NCBI GenBank assembly: GCA_000432855.1
Contig: HF990865.1
Coordinates: 1 to 61,561 of the forward strand
Direction: 5' to 3'
Origin: Firmicutes bacterium CAG:822
Lineage (GTDB): Bacteria; Bacillota_I; Bacilli_A; RF39; UBA660
Length of the DNA: 61,561 nucleotides
Position 1 is the stretch's first letter, and each line of letters starts with the position of its first letter. The translations under genes and the position numbers were made by a program. Shown in pieces: positions 31,421 to 43,245 of this stretch. The notes beneath the pieces are model-generated. The model was given only the letters and a program-made list of their open reading frames with translations. It searched no databases and was not told the origin of the DNA.

Positions 31421-31597
31421 ATTTTCCCTACTTTCTACTACTATTATGAATAACTTTATCATTCTTTTTCACTTTGCCATATCAATATTTTCAATATTAG
31501 CTATTTTAATTATAAAACAAATTTAAACCCAGAACAACAATTTATTTTAATATTTACATAAAATAAAAACAAATAATATTTTAAAATACTACTTGTT

Positions 31598-32299
31598 TTA
31601 TCTTTTTAAAATAAGCTCATCATGTCTTACTAAAAAATCTTTTAAAGCCATTGGTGGATAACTATGGGAAGTTTGTACAACATCATCTACAAACTGATTA
31701 CCTTTAATCCTAGATACTATATCAGGATTTAAAAGTTTATAATAATCATTCTTTTTCATCTTTAAATTTTTCGCAAAATCATAGACATATTCACCATCTT
31801 CAACAAATGAATGAAGATATTTATAATGTTCAAGTGGACTACTTACAAAAGCTGTAGTTATATAGTCATAATCCACACCCAATATAATTGATACCTCATG
31901 ACATTTGGTCGCATACTTTCCCGCATATACCTTACATAAAGTATCAATTGTTTTCTTATCATCACCACGCATACAAGCCTCTTTAATACTATTCACACAA
32001 AGCGAAAAAGAAACATTACCCAAAGAAGTAAATAGTTTTCTATTTCCACCAATCGAACTGTAATCTAAAATATAAGGATGACTATCTAAATAATCATAAG
32101 CTCGTCTAGTTTTCAATAAATTTACCGTATATCTTCCTAAAATAAAATATAAATAACCTTTTCGGTCAACTTTGTAACTAGAACCTTTAACATTCTTATC
32201 TAAATTATAAAAAGGATCAACTTCTGATATATCCAAAAAATTTACAACTTTTAATGCTTCATCAAATTCTTCTGGATCATAATAATCAGTATAAGTCAT
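31598..32299 (-). CDS. hypothetical protein
   Basis: 233-aa ORF with consistent coding bias. No motif recognised. Confidence 0.5.
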   Translation of the reverse strand: MTYTDYYDPEEFDEALKVVNFLDISEVDPFYNLDKNVKGSSYKVDRKGYLYFILGRYTVNLLKTRRAYDYLDSHPYILDYSSIGGNRKLFTSLGNVSFSLCVNSIKEACMRGDDKKTIDTLCKVYAGKYATKCHEVSIILGVDYDYITTAFVSSPLEHYKYLHSFVEDGEYVYDFAKNLKMKKNDYYKLLNPDIVSRIKGNQFVDDVVQTSHSYPPMALKDFLVRHDELILKR

Positions 32300-32365
32300 T
32301 AAAAATCAACTCCGATACAACATTATACCCTCACTCAAAATAAAGTCAAATCAAAAGTACTATTT

Positions 32366-34369
<2,004 letters not shown>

Positions 34370-34427
34370 CTAAATAAACTTCAATTCTAAAAATAAAATT
34401 TTAAAAAACACACCAATAATCGGTGTA

Positions 34428-35351
34428 TTATTTTTTACAAAGTGTTTTACCACTTTCAAATAATTTTTCTGGATATACCCCTTCTTTAATGTATTCATGA
34501 ATGGCCTCTACTAACTCATCTTTATCTTCTCTATAAGTAACTCCATGCCATTTAGAATTAGTTCCTCTAACCTTAAATATAATATTTCTCTTATTTATTT
34601 CACTATTTATAATATCAGGAACTAAGTACTCACTATCTAACTTATCGATATTCTCATCTAAAAATTCAGAAAAATTATCCACAATAATGTCTTTTATTTT
34701 TGGCGTAAATCCAAACAAATTAACAGTAACTAAAGTATCTAAAGAAGTCTCAAACTCATTACTTCCATCTAATGGTTTAGCAATAACATAATTATCGTGA
34801 GCTTCTATTTTACTCTCTTTAATTCCCTCTAAATTACCATTATGAGTTATTGCAATGCCTCTTTTAACACTTCCATTTTTAGATAAAGTATTACCAACCT
34901 CATAGCACAAAGCCAAACCTTCATTTTCACTTGTATTATTTTTAACATAATCAAATAAAACTCTATATGCATCAGAGCCATAGAAATCATCCGCATTTAT
35001 AATAGCAAAAGAACCACTAATTAAATCTCTCGCACTATAAATAGCCGCTCCAGTCCCCCAAGGTTTTACTCTTTCCTCTGGACATTCATAACCACTAGGC
35101 AAATCATTTAATTCTTGAAATGCATATTCTACATTAATCTTATTTTCTATTCTTTTTCCTATAGTTTCTCTAAAGTCATTATAAAAATCTTTTCTAATAA
35201 TAAAGACAACTTTATTAAAACCTGCTTGAATAGCATCATAAACTGAATAATCGATGATAAATTCGCCATTAGGTCCAACCGGTTCCATCTGTTTTAAAGA
35301 ACCAAACCTACTTCCCATGCCAGCCGCCATTACTACTAAAGTATAATCCAA
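34428..35351 (-). CDS. sugar-phosphate nucleotidyltransferase family protein
   Basis: VVMAAGMGSRFG nucleotide-binding loop. TTG start after TAGGGAGG. Confidence 0.65.
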   Translation of the reverse strand: MDYTLVVMAAGMGSRFGSLKQMEPVGPNGEFIIDYSVYDAIQAGFNKVVFIIRKDFYNDFRETIGKRIENKINVEYAFQELNDLPSGYECPEERVKPWGTGAAIYSARDLISGSFAIINADDFYGSDAYRVLFDYVKNNTSENEGLALCYEVGNTLSKNGSVKRGIAITHNGNLEGIKESKIEAHDNYVIAKPLDGSNEFETSLDTLVTVNLFGFTPKIKDIIVDNFSEFLDENIDKLDSEYLVPDIINSEINKRNIIFKVRGTNSKWHGVTYREDKDELVEAIHEYIKEGVYPEKLFESGKTLCKK

Positions 35352-35363
35352 AATAAAACCTCC

Positions 35364-35525
35364 CTATTGATTATTTTTATTAAGCGCACTATAAGTAAGC
35401 GCGAAAACTGCAATACCAATCAAAACAAACGCAAGCCACATAAATGGATTACTATGGTTTTCCTCAAGCCAAGCCTTTGCTGGCTCAATAAACTCATTAA
35501 TTGAATCAATAATTGATAAAATCAT
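35364..35525 (-). CDS. small membrane protein (53 aa), not in the ORF track
   Basis: MILSIIDSINEFIEPAKAWLEENHSNPFMWLAFVLIGIAVFALTYSALNKNNQ* with one TM helix. It fills the pcrA-nucleotidyltransferase gap, and its stop overlaps the next gene's RBS. Confidence 0.4.
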   Translation of the reverse strand: MILSIIDSINEFIEPAKAWLEENHSNPFMWLAFVLIGIAVFALTYSALNKNNQ

Positions 35526-35535
35526 CCTAAATCAC

Positions 35536-37614
35536 CTATACCTTCCTAATACTCTTATGACCTTTCATTATTTTCTTTATTCCATAAGGATGACTAAAAG
35601 CAATTGATAAAACTGAACCTAATGCGACAACCACACCTTCACCATAAGTATCGTGAATAACATGATCACCAACACTATATTCGGCCGTTTTATCGATCAT
35701 CTCCTCTTTATTAAAATGTGCTTTTTCTTCTTTTTCATCCTTTTCTAAATATTCATCACTGATTTCTGCAATAAACCTACTCGGTGGATTACAGTTTGTA
35801 TTTCCATAAAGCATTCTTCTCGCAGCGTTAACTAACATTAACGTCTTCTTAGCTCTCGTTACCGCCACATAACAAAGACGCCTTTCCTCTTCTATTTCAT
35901 CTGGACTATCTAAACAGTTAGAATGTGGAAATAAACCTTCCTCCAAACCGATAATAAATACGTGGTCAAACTCTAATCCCTTAGCCGAATGTATCGTCAT
36001 AAGCGTTACGACATCATTATTGTTTTTGTGTTCTTCCATATCAGAAACTAAACTAATTTCTAGTAAAAACTCTTCCAAAGAAATAACTCCATTATTCTCT
36101 TCAAAATTTTTCGTAATAGACTTAAATTCTTCTAAGTTCTCAAGCCTAACTTCCGCCTCCAAAGTCTTAGAACTCTCAAGTTCTTTTCGCATTCCCGTTT
36201 CTGTTAAAATAAGTTCAACTAACTCTGTAAGCGATATATTTTCGCTTTCTTTTTTTATTCTTTCGATTAATTTCTTAAACTCAAGTTCCTTACCGCTATC
36301 AATAGCCTCATATAAAGACACACCTTTATCTAAAGCTTTAGTGGCTAAGTTCTCGATTGTCTTCGGACCAATCTGTCTTTTTGGAACATTTATAATTCTC
36401 ATCAAACTGACATCGTCATTGGAATTATAAATAAGTTTTAAATAGCTGATTAAATCTTTAATTTCTTTTCGGTTATAGAAATAAAAACTTCCAACTACTT
36501 TATAAGGAATATTTTCCCTAAGCAAAGTTTCTTCCATATTACGAGATTGGGCATTAGTTCTATATAAAACCGCAATAGAAGATTTAGGTTCACCACTAAT
36601 AATTAATTTCTTAATCTCTTCCATGACATAATTAGCTTCATCTTTTTCATCATAAGCTCTGTGATAGCGAATCTTTGGACCATTGTCATTTTTCGTCCAT
36701 AAATTCTTTTCTTTTCGTTGTTTATTGTGTTTAATTATATCATTAGCCACATTCAAAATATTACCTGTCGAACGATAATTTTCTTCTAGTGGAATAACCT
36801 TCGCATCTGGATAATCCTTTTCAAAATTAAGAATATTTCTAAAATTAGCTCCTCTAAATCCATATATTGATTGATCTAAATCACCAACCACACATATATT
36901 TTTATACTTTTTACTAAGCATCTTAATCAAAATATATTGAGCCTCATTAGTATCTTGATACTCATCGACTAATATATATTTAAATCTGTCTTGATACTTT
37001 TCCAAAACATCGGGATATTTTTTAAATAACTTAATCGGAAGTAATAACAAATCATCAAAATCCATTGAATTATTTTTAAGAACCTTTTGTTCATACTTCC
37101 GAAATACTGATAAAACTATCTCTTCATATTCTGAATTCGCAAACCGGCTATAATAATTAGAATCCATCAGTTCATTCTTCGCACTACTTATTTTATTTCT
37201 AATAGCTCGCGGATTATAAACTTTTGGATCCAAATTCATATCTTTTAAAATTTTCTTAATAATCGTTAAACTATCATCACTATCTAAAATTGTAAAATTT
37301 TTATCAAAACCTAATTTATCATAATTTTCTCTAATTAAAAGTAACCCCAAAGAGTGAAATGTCGATATCTGCATCTTATAAGCATCACTACCAAGCATTT
37401 TAAATGCCCTTTCTTTCATCTCTTTAGCAGCTTTATTAGTAAAAGTAATAGCTAATATGTTATAAGGATTAACACCTTCTTCATTAACTAAATAAGCCAG
37501 TTTAGTTGTTAAAACTCTTGTTTTACCACTTCCAGCTCCTGCTAAAACTAGTATTGGACCATCAGGCCACTCAACCGCTTCTTTTTGTTTGTCATTTAAT
37601 GTGCTTAAGTCCAT
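35536..37614 (-). CDS. pcrA: ATP-dependent DNA helicase PcrA (UvrD family)
   Basis: AGAGSGKTRVL Walker A, VDEYQDTN, and C-terminal VGDHVIHDTYGEGVVV. Adjacent to ligA as in many Bacillota. Confidence 0.93.
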   Translation of the reverse strand: MDLSTLNDKQKEAVEWPDGPILVLAGAGSGKTRVLTTKLAYLVNEEGVNPYNILAITFTNKAAKEMKERAFKMLGSDAYKMQISTFHSLGLLLIRENYDKLGFDKNFTILDSDDSLTIIKKILKDMNLDPKVYNPRAIRNKISSAKNELMDSNYYSRFANSEYEEIVLSVFRKYEQKVLKNNSMDFDDLLLLPIKLFKKYPDVLEKYQDRFKYILVDEYQDTNEAQYILIKMLSKKYKNICVVGDLDQSIYGFRGANFRNILNFEKDYPDAKVIPLEENYRSTGNILNVANDIIKHNKQRKEKNLWTKNDNGPKIRYHRAYDEKDEANYVMEEIKKLIISGEPKSSIAVLYRTNAQSRNMEETLLRENIPYKVVGSFYFYNRKEIKDLISYLKLIYNSNDDVSLMRIINVPKRQIGPKTIENLATKALDKGVSLYEAIDSGKELEFKKLIERIKKESENISLTELVELILTETGMRKELESSKTLEAEVRLENLEEFKSITKNFEENNGVISLEEFLLEISLVSDMEEHKNNNDVVTLMTIHSAKGLEFDHVFIIGLEEGLFPHSNCLDSPDEIEEERRLCYVAVTRAKKTLMLVNAARRMLYGNTNCNPPSRFIAEISDEYLEKDEKEEKAHFNKEEMIDKTAEYSVGDHVIHDTYGEGVVVALGSVLSIAFSHPYGIKKIMKGHKSIRKV

Positions 37615-37730
37615 TTACTATCACCACTACCATTATATCAAATTTTTTAAAGAAATTTTAAAAAAAAGAAGGAAAACAGCTAATTGACACCGTATATTAA
37701 TCTATGAAGGGAGGTGAATACCACTAAAAG

Positions 37731-38477
37731 ATGGTTACACATGTATTAGAAAGTATGAATGAAATCATTACAAATGAGTATGACCCAAATCACAAAGCTA
37801 TTGATATAGTTGCCAGTGACCGTAGAGAAACCAATATTATTGCCTTAGAAAGTGGAACTGTAACTACTGTCATAAATAATGTCAAAGGTACAAACCACAA
37901 GAGTCAAGGTTTAGATACCTATGGCAATTATGTCAAAATAAAACAAGATAATGGTAAAACAGCCCTATATGCTCACATGAAATATGGCTCTATCAAAGTA
38001 AATAAAGGACAGTATATTGAAAAAGGTACCGTAATTGGTACCATTGGTGAAACTGGCAACGCCTACGGAAAACATTTGCACTTAGAAATTCAAACATCAA
38101 ACAACATCAAAGAAAACCCAATAATTTCTTTAAACACTCAAGTAGATAACCCTAGTGTTACTGAAAAACAAACTAAAAACATACCTACCTCACAAAATTC
38201 AAATCAAAATAATAATAATACAAAACACACCCCTAAAACAAAAGAAATTATTGAACAAAATATTTCATCCAGCAACACACAAACCGAATATTTAAACGCA
38301 AACAACTATAAACACGGATCAATTGTCGATGCTTTAAAATCAATTGGTATCAATAGCTCATATAACTATCGGAAAAAACTAGCAAAAGCTAATAATATTA
38401 AAAATTATCACGGTTCATACTTTCAAAACATTCAAATGTTAAATCTTTTAAAACAAGGAAAACTTAAAAAAGTCTAG
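37731..38477 (+). CDS. M23 (LytM-type) metallopeptidase with Asn/Gln-rich linker and C-terminal ~55-aa module
   Basis: HKAIDI .. YAHM .. GNAYGKHLHLEI are the M23 zinc-site motifs. The C-terminus GSIVDALKSIGINSSYNYRKKLAKANNIKNYHGSYFQNIQMLNLLK resembles wall-binding tails of lysins (from memory). No signal peptide was seen. Confidence 0.75.
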   Translation: MVTHVLESMNEIITNEYDPNHKAIDIVASDRRETNIIALESGTVTTVINNVKGTNHKSQGLDTYGNYVKIKQDNGKTALYAHMKYGSIKVNKGQYIEKGTVIGTIGETGNAYGKHLHLEIQTSNNIKENPIISLNTQVDNPSVTEKQTKNIPTSQNSNQNNNNTKHTPKTKEIIEQNISSSNTQTEYLNANNYKHGSIVDALKSIGINSSYNYRKKLAKANNIKNYHGSYFQNIQMLNLLKQGKLKKV

Positions 38478-38495
38478 TTATTTAGACTTTTTTTG
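38465..38495. terminator. bidirectional terminator between the M23 peptidase gene and the paralog array
   Basis: AAAAAAGTCTA-GTTATT-TAGACTTTTTTT overlaps both convergent stop codons. Confidence 0.6.
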
Positions 38496-38972
38496 ATTAA
38501 CTTTTTTTAAAAATTGATTTAATGTTTCTTCAAAACCTTTCCCTCTTTCATAATTAAATTCCTTGCTTTCAACAAAGCCATCATCAAAATCCATATCATA
38601 TACAATATCTACATGTGCCTTTGGGATTTGTTTGGCAAGTTCATATATTAATTTAAGTTGTTTTTCACTGATTTCATCAGGTAAAAATAACATACCATAT
38701 TTACCAACACGATTTCCAGAAATATTAATATATACAACATTATTAAGCCAAGTTAAGAAAAAAATTGGTACATTAGGCTCACATCTATCAGTAATCCTTT
38801 GAAAAATCGAAACATTAGGATATTTATCTCTAGCATAATCTAATAAACAATCTACGTGATAATCACACTCACCTATTGGTCCAACAAAATCAACATGACC
38901 GTCTATATCATCACTTTTATCGTTAGTCCCATTAATAATTACCGCTTTATAATCGTCAATTTTTTTATCCAT
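38478..38972 (-). CDS. paralog 1 of an uncharacterised 5-member tandem family
   Basis: MDKKIDDYKAVIING..YHVDCLLDY..VVYINIS..YGMLFLPDEISEKQLKLIYEL. The start overlaps the upstream stop by 8 nt. Confidence 0.7.
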   Translation of the reverse strand: MDKKIDDYKAVIINGTNDKSDDIDGHVDFVGPIGECDYHVDCLLDYARDKYPNVSIFQRITDRCEPNVPIFFLTWLNNVVYINISGNRVGKYGMLFLPDEISEKQLKLIYELAKQIPKAHVDIVYDMDFDDGFVESKEFNYERGKGFEETLNQFLKKVNQKKSK

Positions 38973-39450
38973 TATATGTCCTTCTTTCTTTTTTTGGAGT
39001 TTGTCTTTCTAAAACAAATTTCATTATTTGCTCCTTCATATTCTCATTTTGTAAAACATCTAAATCTTTACCCAGCACCATACCATCAACTAATGCCAAA
39101 TTATAAATAATCGTTACTTTAAAATCATATATTAAATCAATAAATTGTGACAATGTCTTTAACTGCTCATCAGAAATAGTTCTTGGTAAATATAACATTC
39201 CTCGCATTTCATCATCCACTGATACATTAGTAAATATAATATTATTCAACAAAGATAAATAATAAATTGGCAAATTGGGCTCTTTCATATAATCTATATT
39301 TTTAAATCCAGAAATATTTGGATATTTATGAACACCATAATCAATTAAACACTCTGCATGATAATTAAAATTAAAATTATGACCCAAATAAATAATATTC
39401 CCATTGTCCTCAACACCGCCATTTATAATGGCGACCATATATTCATCCAT
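38965..39450 (-). CDS. paralog 2 of the tandem family
   Basis: Start moved to the ATG after AGGTGA. MDEYMVAIING..YHAECLIDY..IIFTNVS..GMLYLPRTISDEQLKTLSQF. Confidence 0.7.
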   Translation of the reverse strand: MDEYMVAIINGGVEDNGNIIYLGHNFNFNYHAECLIDYGVHKYPNISGFKNIDYMKEPNLPIYYLSLLNNIIFTNVSVDDEMRGMLYLPRTISDEQLKTLSQFIDLIYDFKVTIIYNLALVDGMVLGKDLDVLQNENMKEQIMKFVLERQTPKKERRTYNG

Positions 39451-39454
39451 CAAA

Positions 39455-39940
39455 TCACCTAACTTTCCTTTTAACATGAGGTTTCTTATTAAAGAAGTTA
39501 TCTAATGTTTCACAATTTTCCATACCATCAGAATAATTAATAATGTCCTCAGGATAAATTCCATCTTCTTTTCTAATCAAGTTATAATCAATATAAATTG
39601 GTGTTTTTTCAAATGAATTAAATAAATCATATAAAGACACAACTTGCTTTTCACTAATTTGTTTTGGAATATATAATAAACCATAACCCGGCGAGTGTAA
39701 ATAAACTATATCCCCAATCTCATTTAAATAAACTATAATTTCATTATTATTTTTTTTATCATCCGCATTAATAGTTTCCGCCAACTCATTATAATAAGTA
39801 TATAAATAATCTTTTAAGGCATCTAAATGAAATCTATATTCACTAGCCTCTCCAAAAAAACGAATTGCCCCATCTTCATCTTTAGAACCAGTTATAATTA
39901 TTAATTTATAATCATTAACATTAAACATAACTAAAATCAT
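39455..39940 (-). CDS. paralog 3 of the tandem family
   Basis: ..DYKLIIITG..FHLDALKDY..IVYLHSPGYGLLYIPKQISEKQVVSLYDL. ATGA overlap with the upstream stop. Confidence 0.7.
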   Translation of the reverse strand: MILVMFNVNDYKLIIITGSKDEDGAIRFFGEASEYRFHLDALKDYLYTYYNELAETINADDKKNNNEIIVYLNEIGDIVYLHSPGYGLLYIPKQISEKQVVSLYDLFNSFEKTPIYIDYNLIRKEDGIYPEDIINYSDGMENCETLDNFFNKKPHVKRKVR

Positions 39941-40386
39941 CTCCTATGATGTTTAACCGCCAACCTACTCATATATTCTTCCATTGCTTCTTTTAAAGTA
40001 TAATCATTACCCATGCCTATTGGACAATACATAATTGTATCTCCAACTTGCTTTAAATTATAACATATCCCCACTTTTTTATTACCTAAATCAATATTAT
40101 TCAAAGTTTCTAATTGTTCGTCAGTAAGTACAGCAGGAAAATAAAACATCCCAAAATTCATTTCGTTTAAATAAGTAATATCACCAAACATAGCAATTTG
40201 ATAAGCAAGACGTTCTCCCACATTTCCAACAGTTAAATTGTCTGTCTTAATATCTGGAAAATTTAAATGAATATAATCTAATAGATATTTCACATGAAGT
40301 CTTTGCTCATTAACCATTCCCATCACATGGGGTATTCCACTTTCATCAATTATTGTAACCTTACTATCTATTACTCTTTTATCCAT
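39937..40386 (-). CDS. paralog 4 of the tandem family
   Basis: Start moved to the ATG after AAAGGAG. MDKRVIDSKVTIIDESG..LHVKYLLDY..ITYLNEMNFGMFYFPAVLTDEQLETLNN. Confidence 0.7.
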   Translation of the reverse strand: MDKRVIDSKVTIIDESGIPHVMGMVNEQRLHVKYLLDYIHLNFPDIKTDNLTVGNVGERLAYQIAMFGDITYLNEMNFGMFYFPAVLTDEQLETLNNIDLGNKKVGICYNLKQVGDTIMYCPIGMGNDYTLKEAMEEYMSRLAVKHHRR

Positions 40387-40403
40387 GTACACTCTCCTTT
40401 CAT

Positions 40404-40859
40404 TTACCTTTTTAATCGTGAATTCTTCTGTTCAAAGTATTCATTCATAGCCTCACTCAAATTATATTCACCATCTGCCCCAACCATTTCAAAATTTACA
40501 AATGAACCAAAATCAGTAGGATCAAAACATATCGCAATTTTTTCATCACCTAAATCTAAATTTTCAAGAACTGCAACTTGTTGTCTAGAAAGATTATTTG
40601 GAAAATAAAACACGCCATATTTTAAGCCATCATACACATGATTATAAAAAACTACATATCCAAAATTACCAAAATGATATGCATAGACATCTCTTCGGTA
40701 TTCATCTTTCAACAATGATAATTCAGGCGCTGAAGAATAAGCTTTATTAAAATAATCAAATAAATAATCGACATGAAATGTGCCATCTCCGGCCTTTCCC
40801 ATCGTATTTATATTACCATTATCATCTATTAAAGCAACTTTACAATCTTGAATATGCAT
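40404..40859 (-). CDS. paralog 5 of the tandem family
   Basis: MHIQDCKVALIDDNG..FHVDYLFDY..VVFYNH..YGVFYFPNNLSRQQVAVLEN. RBS GGGTGA. Confidence 0.7.
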   Translation of the reverse strand: MHIQDCKVALIDDNGNINTMGKAGDGTFHVDYLFDYFNKAYSSAPELSLLKDEYRRDVYAYHFGNFGYVVFYNHVYDGLKYGVFYFPNNLSRQQVAVLENLDLGDEKIAICFDPTDFGSFVNFEMVGADGEYNLSEAMNEYFEQKNSRLKR

Positions 40860-40952
40860 ATAAAATCACCCACTTCCATTTTACCACATTTTTTTAAAAC
40901 CTTTTATAATTTTATGAATATAATACTATGGAATTAGAAAGGAGAGGGGTTT

Positions 40953-41383
40953 TTGAAAAAATTTATCATTATATTATTAGCTGTCGGCTTAATAATCACC
41001 GGAATTTTTGTTTTCAAACCTAAAAAAGAAGAAACAAGTTTAACAAAAGTGAAGGTGGCCGAAGTAACCCATAGTATCTTTTATGCACCACAGTATATTG
41101 CTCATTCATTAGGATACTTCGAGGAAGAAGGATTAGATGTTGAAATCATATTAACCTCAGGTGCTGATAAAGTTACAGCCGCTGTTTTATCAGGCGATGT
41201 CCAAATCGGCTTCTGTGGTAGTGAATCAACTATCTATGTTTATAATGGCGGACAAAAAGATTATTTAATAAACTTTGCTGGATTAACTAAAAAAGATGGT
41301 AGTTTCTTAGTAGCCAGAGAAAAAACAGATAATTTTAAATTAGAAGATTTAAAAGGAAAACATATTATTGGTGGCCGTGAAGG
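40953..41383 (+). pseudogene. ABC transporter substrate-binding lipoprotein/SBP (NMT1/SsuA-like), 5' fragment split by island
   Basis: TTG start after AGGAGAGGGG, then a signal/anchor helix, then ..AEVTHSIFYAPQYIAHSLGYFEEEGLDVEI... The frame leaves SBP-like sequence after ..KHIIGGREG and stops 6 codons later. Confidence 0.8.
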
Positions 41384-41475
41384 TCTTCGGCTGGTAAACT
41401 TATGATAAAATTTTTACTAAAAAAATATCATAACTTTTTATGCCGATGGGCTTACCGGTTACCAAACTTATAATA

Positions 41476-43038
41476 CTATGCCAATTTAAACTTATAATGA
41501 ATTTCTACTGTTTTATCTTCACTTATAAGTATCTTATCAATTAGATTTACTAATAAATTTCTATTTGGTTTTTCAAAAGATAAATATTCGTTTATCTTTT
41601 TTAATATTTCTTCCTTTTCTTTATTATCATCTTCTGTATCAATATTTTTAAGTTCTTCTTCTAACTCATCTCTTTGATTTTTCCAAGAAACTATTTCATC
41701 TTTGTATTTTATTGTTAAACGGTTAAACATTTCCATATCAATATTACCACTTAACTTATCTTCATATATTTTGTCTATATATGAGTTATTAGTTCTAATT
41801 CTTTTATCTAATACATTGATTTCCTTTTGTTTTTTAATTTTAATATCATTTTTCTTTCTTTCTTCTTCTAACTTATTAGAAAATGAACTGCTATCTACAT
41901 ACTCCTTGCACATCTTTTTAATTTCTTCTAACACAAGATTTTCCAATTTTTTATAATTACAACTGTGTGGAGTACATAAACCATATTTAGAATGAGATAT
42001 ATAATAAGTACAACAACAGTAATATCTTTTCCCATCGCTACTTTTATTTATACCTATTGCGTGTCCACATTCTTTACATACCATAAAGCCAGAAAGTAAT
42101 TGAATATTATTACCAGTAGGTTTGTTTTTGTTTTTCTTTAATAACTCCCCGACTGTATCAAATACTTTTTTATCAATAATTGCTTCGTGGGTATTTTCTG
42201 TAATTATCCATTCTTCTTTAGGCGTTCTAATTTCTTTTTTAGACTTATAATTCAACTTTTTTCTTCTACCTTGAGTAAGATTTCCGATGTATGTTTCATT
42301 TGTAAGCATTTCTTCTATTGTCCTAGGACACCATAATTCATAAGCCGTAGATTTCACACCTCTATTAAGATTTGCATAAACACTAGGGGTAGGAATATGC
42401 TCATCAGAGAATATATTAGCAATTTGCCTTGGGCTTTTACCATTATATGCTAAATCAAACATTCTCTTAATAATAGGTCTAACTTCCTCATCAACAATAA
42501 TTTTATGCTTATCATTAGGGTCTTTTTTATAACCATATACTGCTTTCCAACCTAAAAACTGTCCTTGCTCCTTTTTGGCTCTTACAACTTTTCTAATTTT
42601 CTTAGATGTATCTTTTAAATAGTAATCATTAAACATTAGTTTAAATTGTAAAAACTCTAAACCTGGTGTTTCGTGCAGTGTATCAATATCATCATTTAAA
42701 GCAATATATCTTATACCTCGTTCGGGGAATATTCTTTCGATATATTCCCCCATTGAGATATAATCTCTACCCATACGAGATAAATCTTTGGTAATTATAG
42801 TATTAACCTTACCATGTTCTATATCTGTTATTAGTTTTTTCCAAGAAGGTCTATCAAAATTAGAACCAGTAAAACCATCATCGACATATTCATCAACATA
42901 TTGTAACTTTTCTTTTGTCTTCTCTAAGAATAGATGTAATAAATCTCTTTGATTTGTGATACTCTCGCTTTCCATATTATCGCCATCTTCACGAGATAAC
43001 CTAATATAAAGAGCAACATTAAATGTCTTACCATTCAT
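41476..43038 (-). CDS. large serine recombinase (integrase)
   Basis: Resolvase domain NVALYIRLSREDGD with the catalytic Ser, then a recombinase domain and a Cys-rich zinc ribbon (CKECGH..CCC..C). The C-terminal coiled coil has IYEDKLSGNIDMEMF (DUF4368-like, from memory). Confidence 0.9.
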   Translation of the reverse strand: MNGKTFNVALYIRLSREDGDNMESESITNQRDLLHLFLEKTKEKLQYVDEYVDDGFTGSNFDRPSWKKLITDIEHGKVNTIITKDLSRMGRDYISMGEYIERIFPERGIRYIALNDDIDTLHETPGLEFLQFKLMFNDYYLKDTSKKIRKVVRAKKEQGQFLGWKAVYGYKKDPNDKHKIIVDEEVRPIIKRMFDLAYNGKSPRQIANIFSDEHIPTPSVYANLNRGVKSTAYELWCPRTIEEMLTNETYIGNLTQGRRKKLNYKSKKEIRTPKEEWIITENTHEAIIDKKVFDTVGELLKKNKNKPTGNNIQLLSGFMVCKECGHAIGINKSSDGKRYYCCCTYYISHSKYGLCTPHSCNYKKLENLVLEEIKKMCKEYVDSSSFSNKLEEERKKNDIKIKKQKEINVLDKRIRTNNSYIDKIYEDKLSGNIDMEMFNRLTIKYKDEIVSWKNQRDELEEELKNIDTEDDNKEKEEILKKINEYLSFEKPNRNLLVNLIDKILISEDKTVEIHYKFKLA

Positions 43039-43086
43039 CTTTTAACTCCTTTCTCGGTAGGACACATTAACAAATATATTATAGTA

Positions 43087-43191
43087 TTATTTACTAAAAG
43101 AACCAATCTCTAAGCAGTATTCTATTAGAAACTCCTCCATTATTTGTTGAAGTGTCTTGCCATTTTCATTGAAAACATTAACAATCTTCAT
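43087..43191 (-). CDS. 34-aa ORF upstream of the integrase
   Basis: MKIVNVFNENGKTLQQIMEEFLIEYCLEIGSFSK*. ATG start, but no clear RBS. Confidence 0.25.
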   Translation of the reverse strand: MKIVNVFNENGKTLQQIMEEFLIEYCLEIGSFSK

Positions 43192-43245
43192 AAGAAACCA
43201 CCTAATTAAACTTATGATTTAATTAAATCTATAATACTTATAGAC

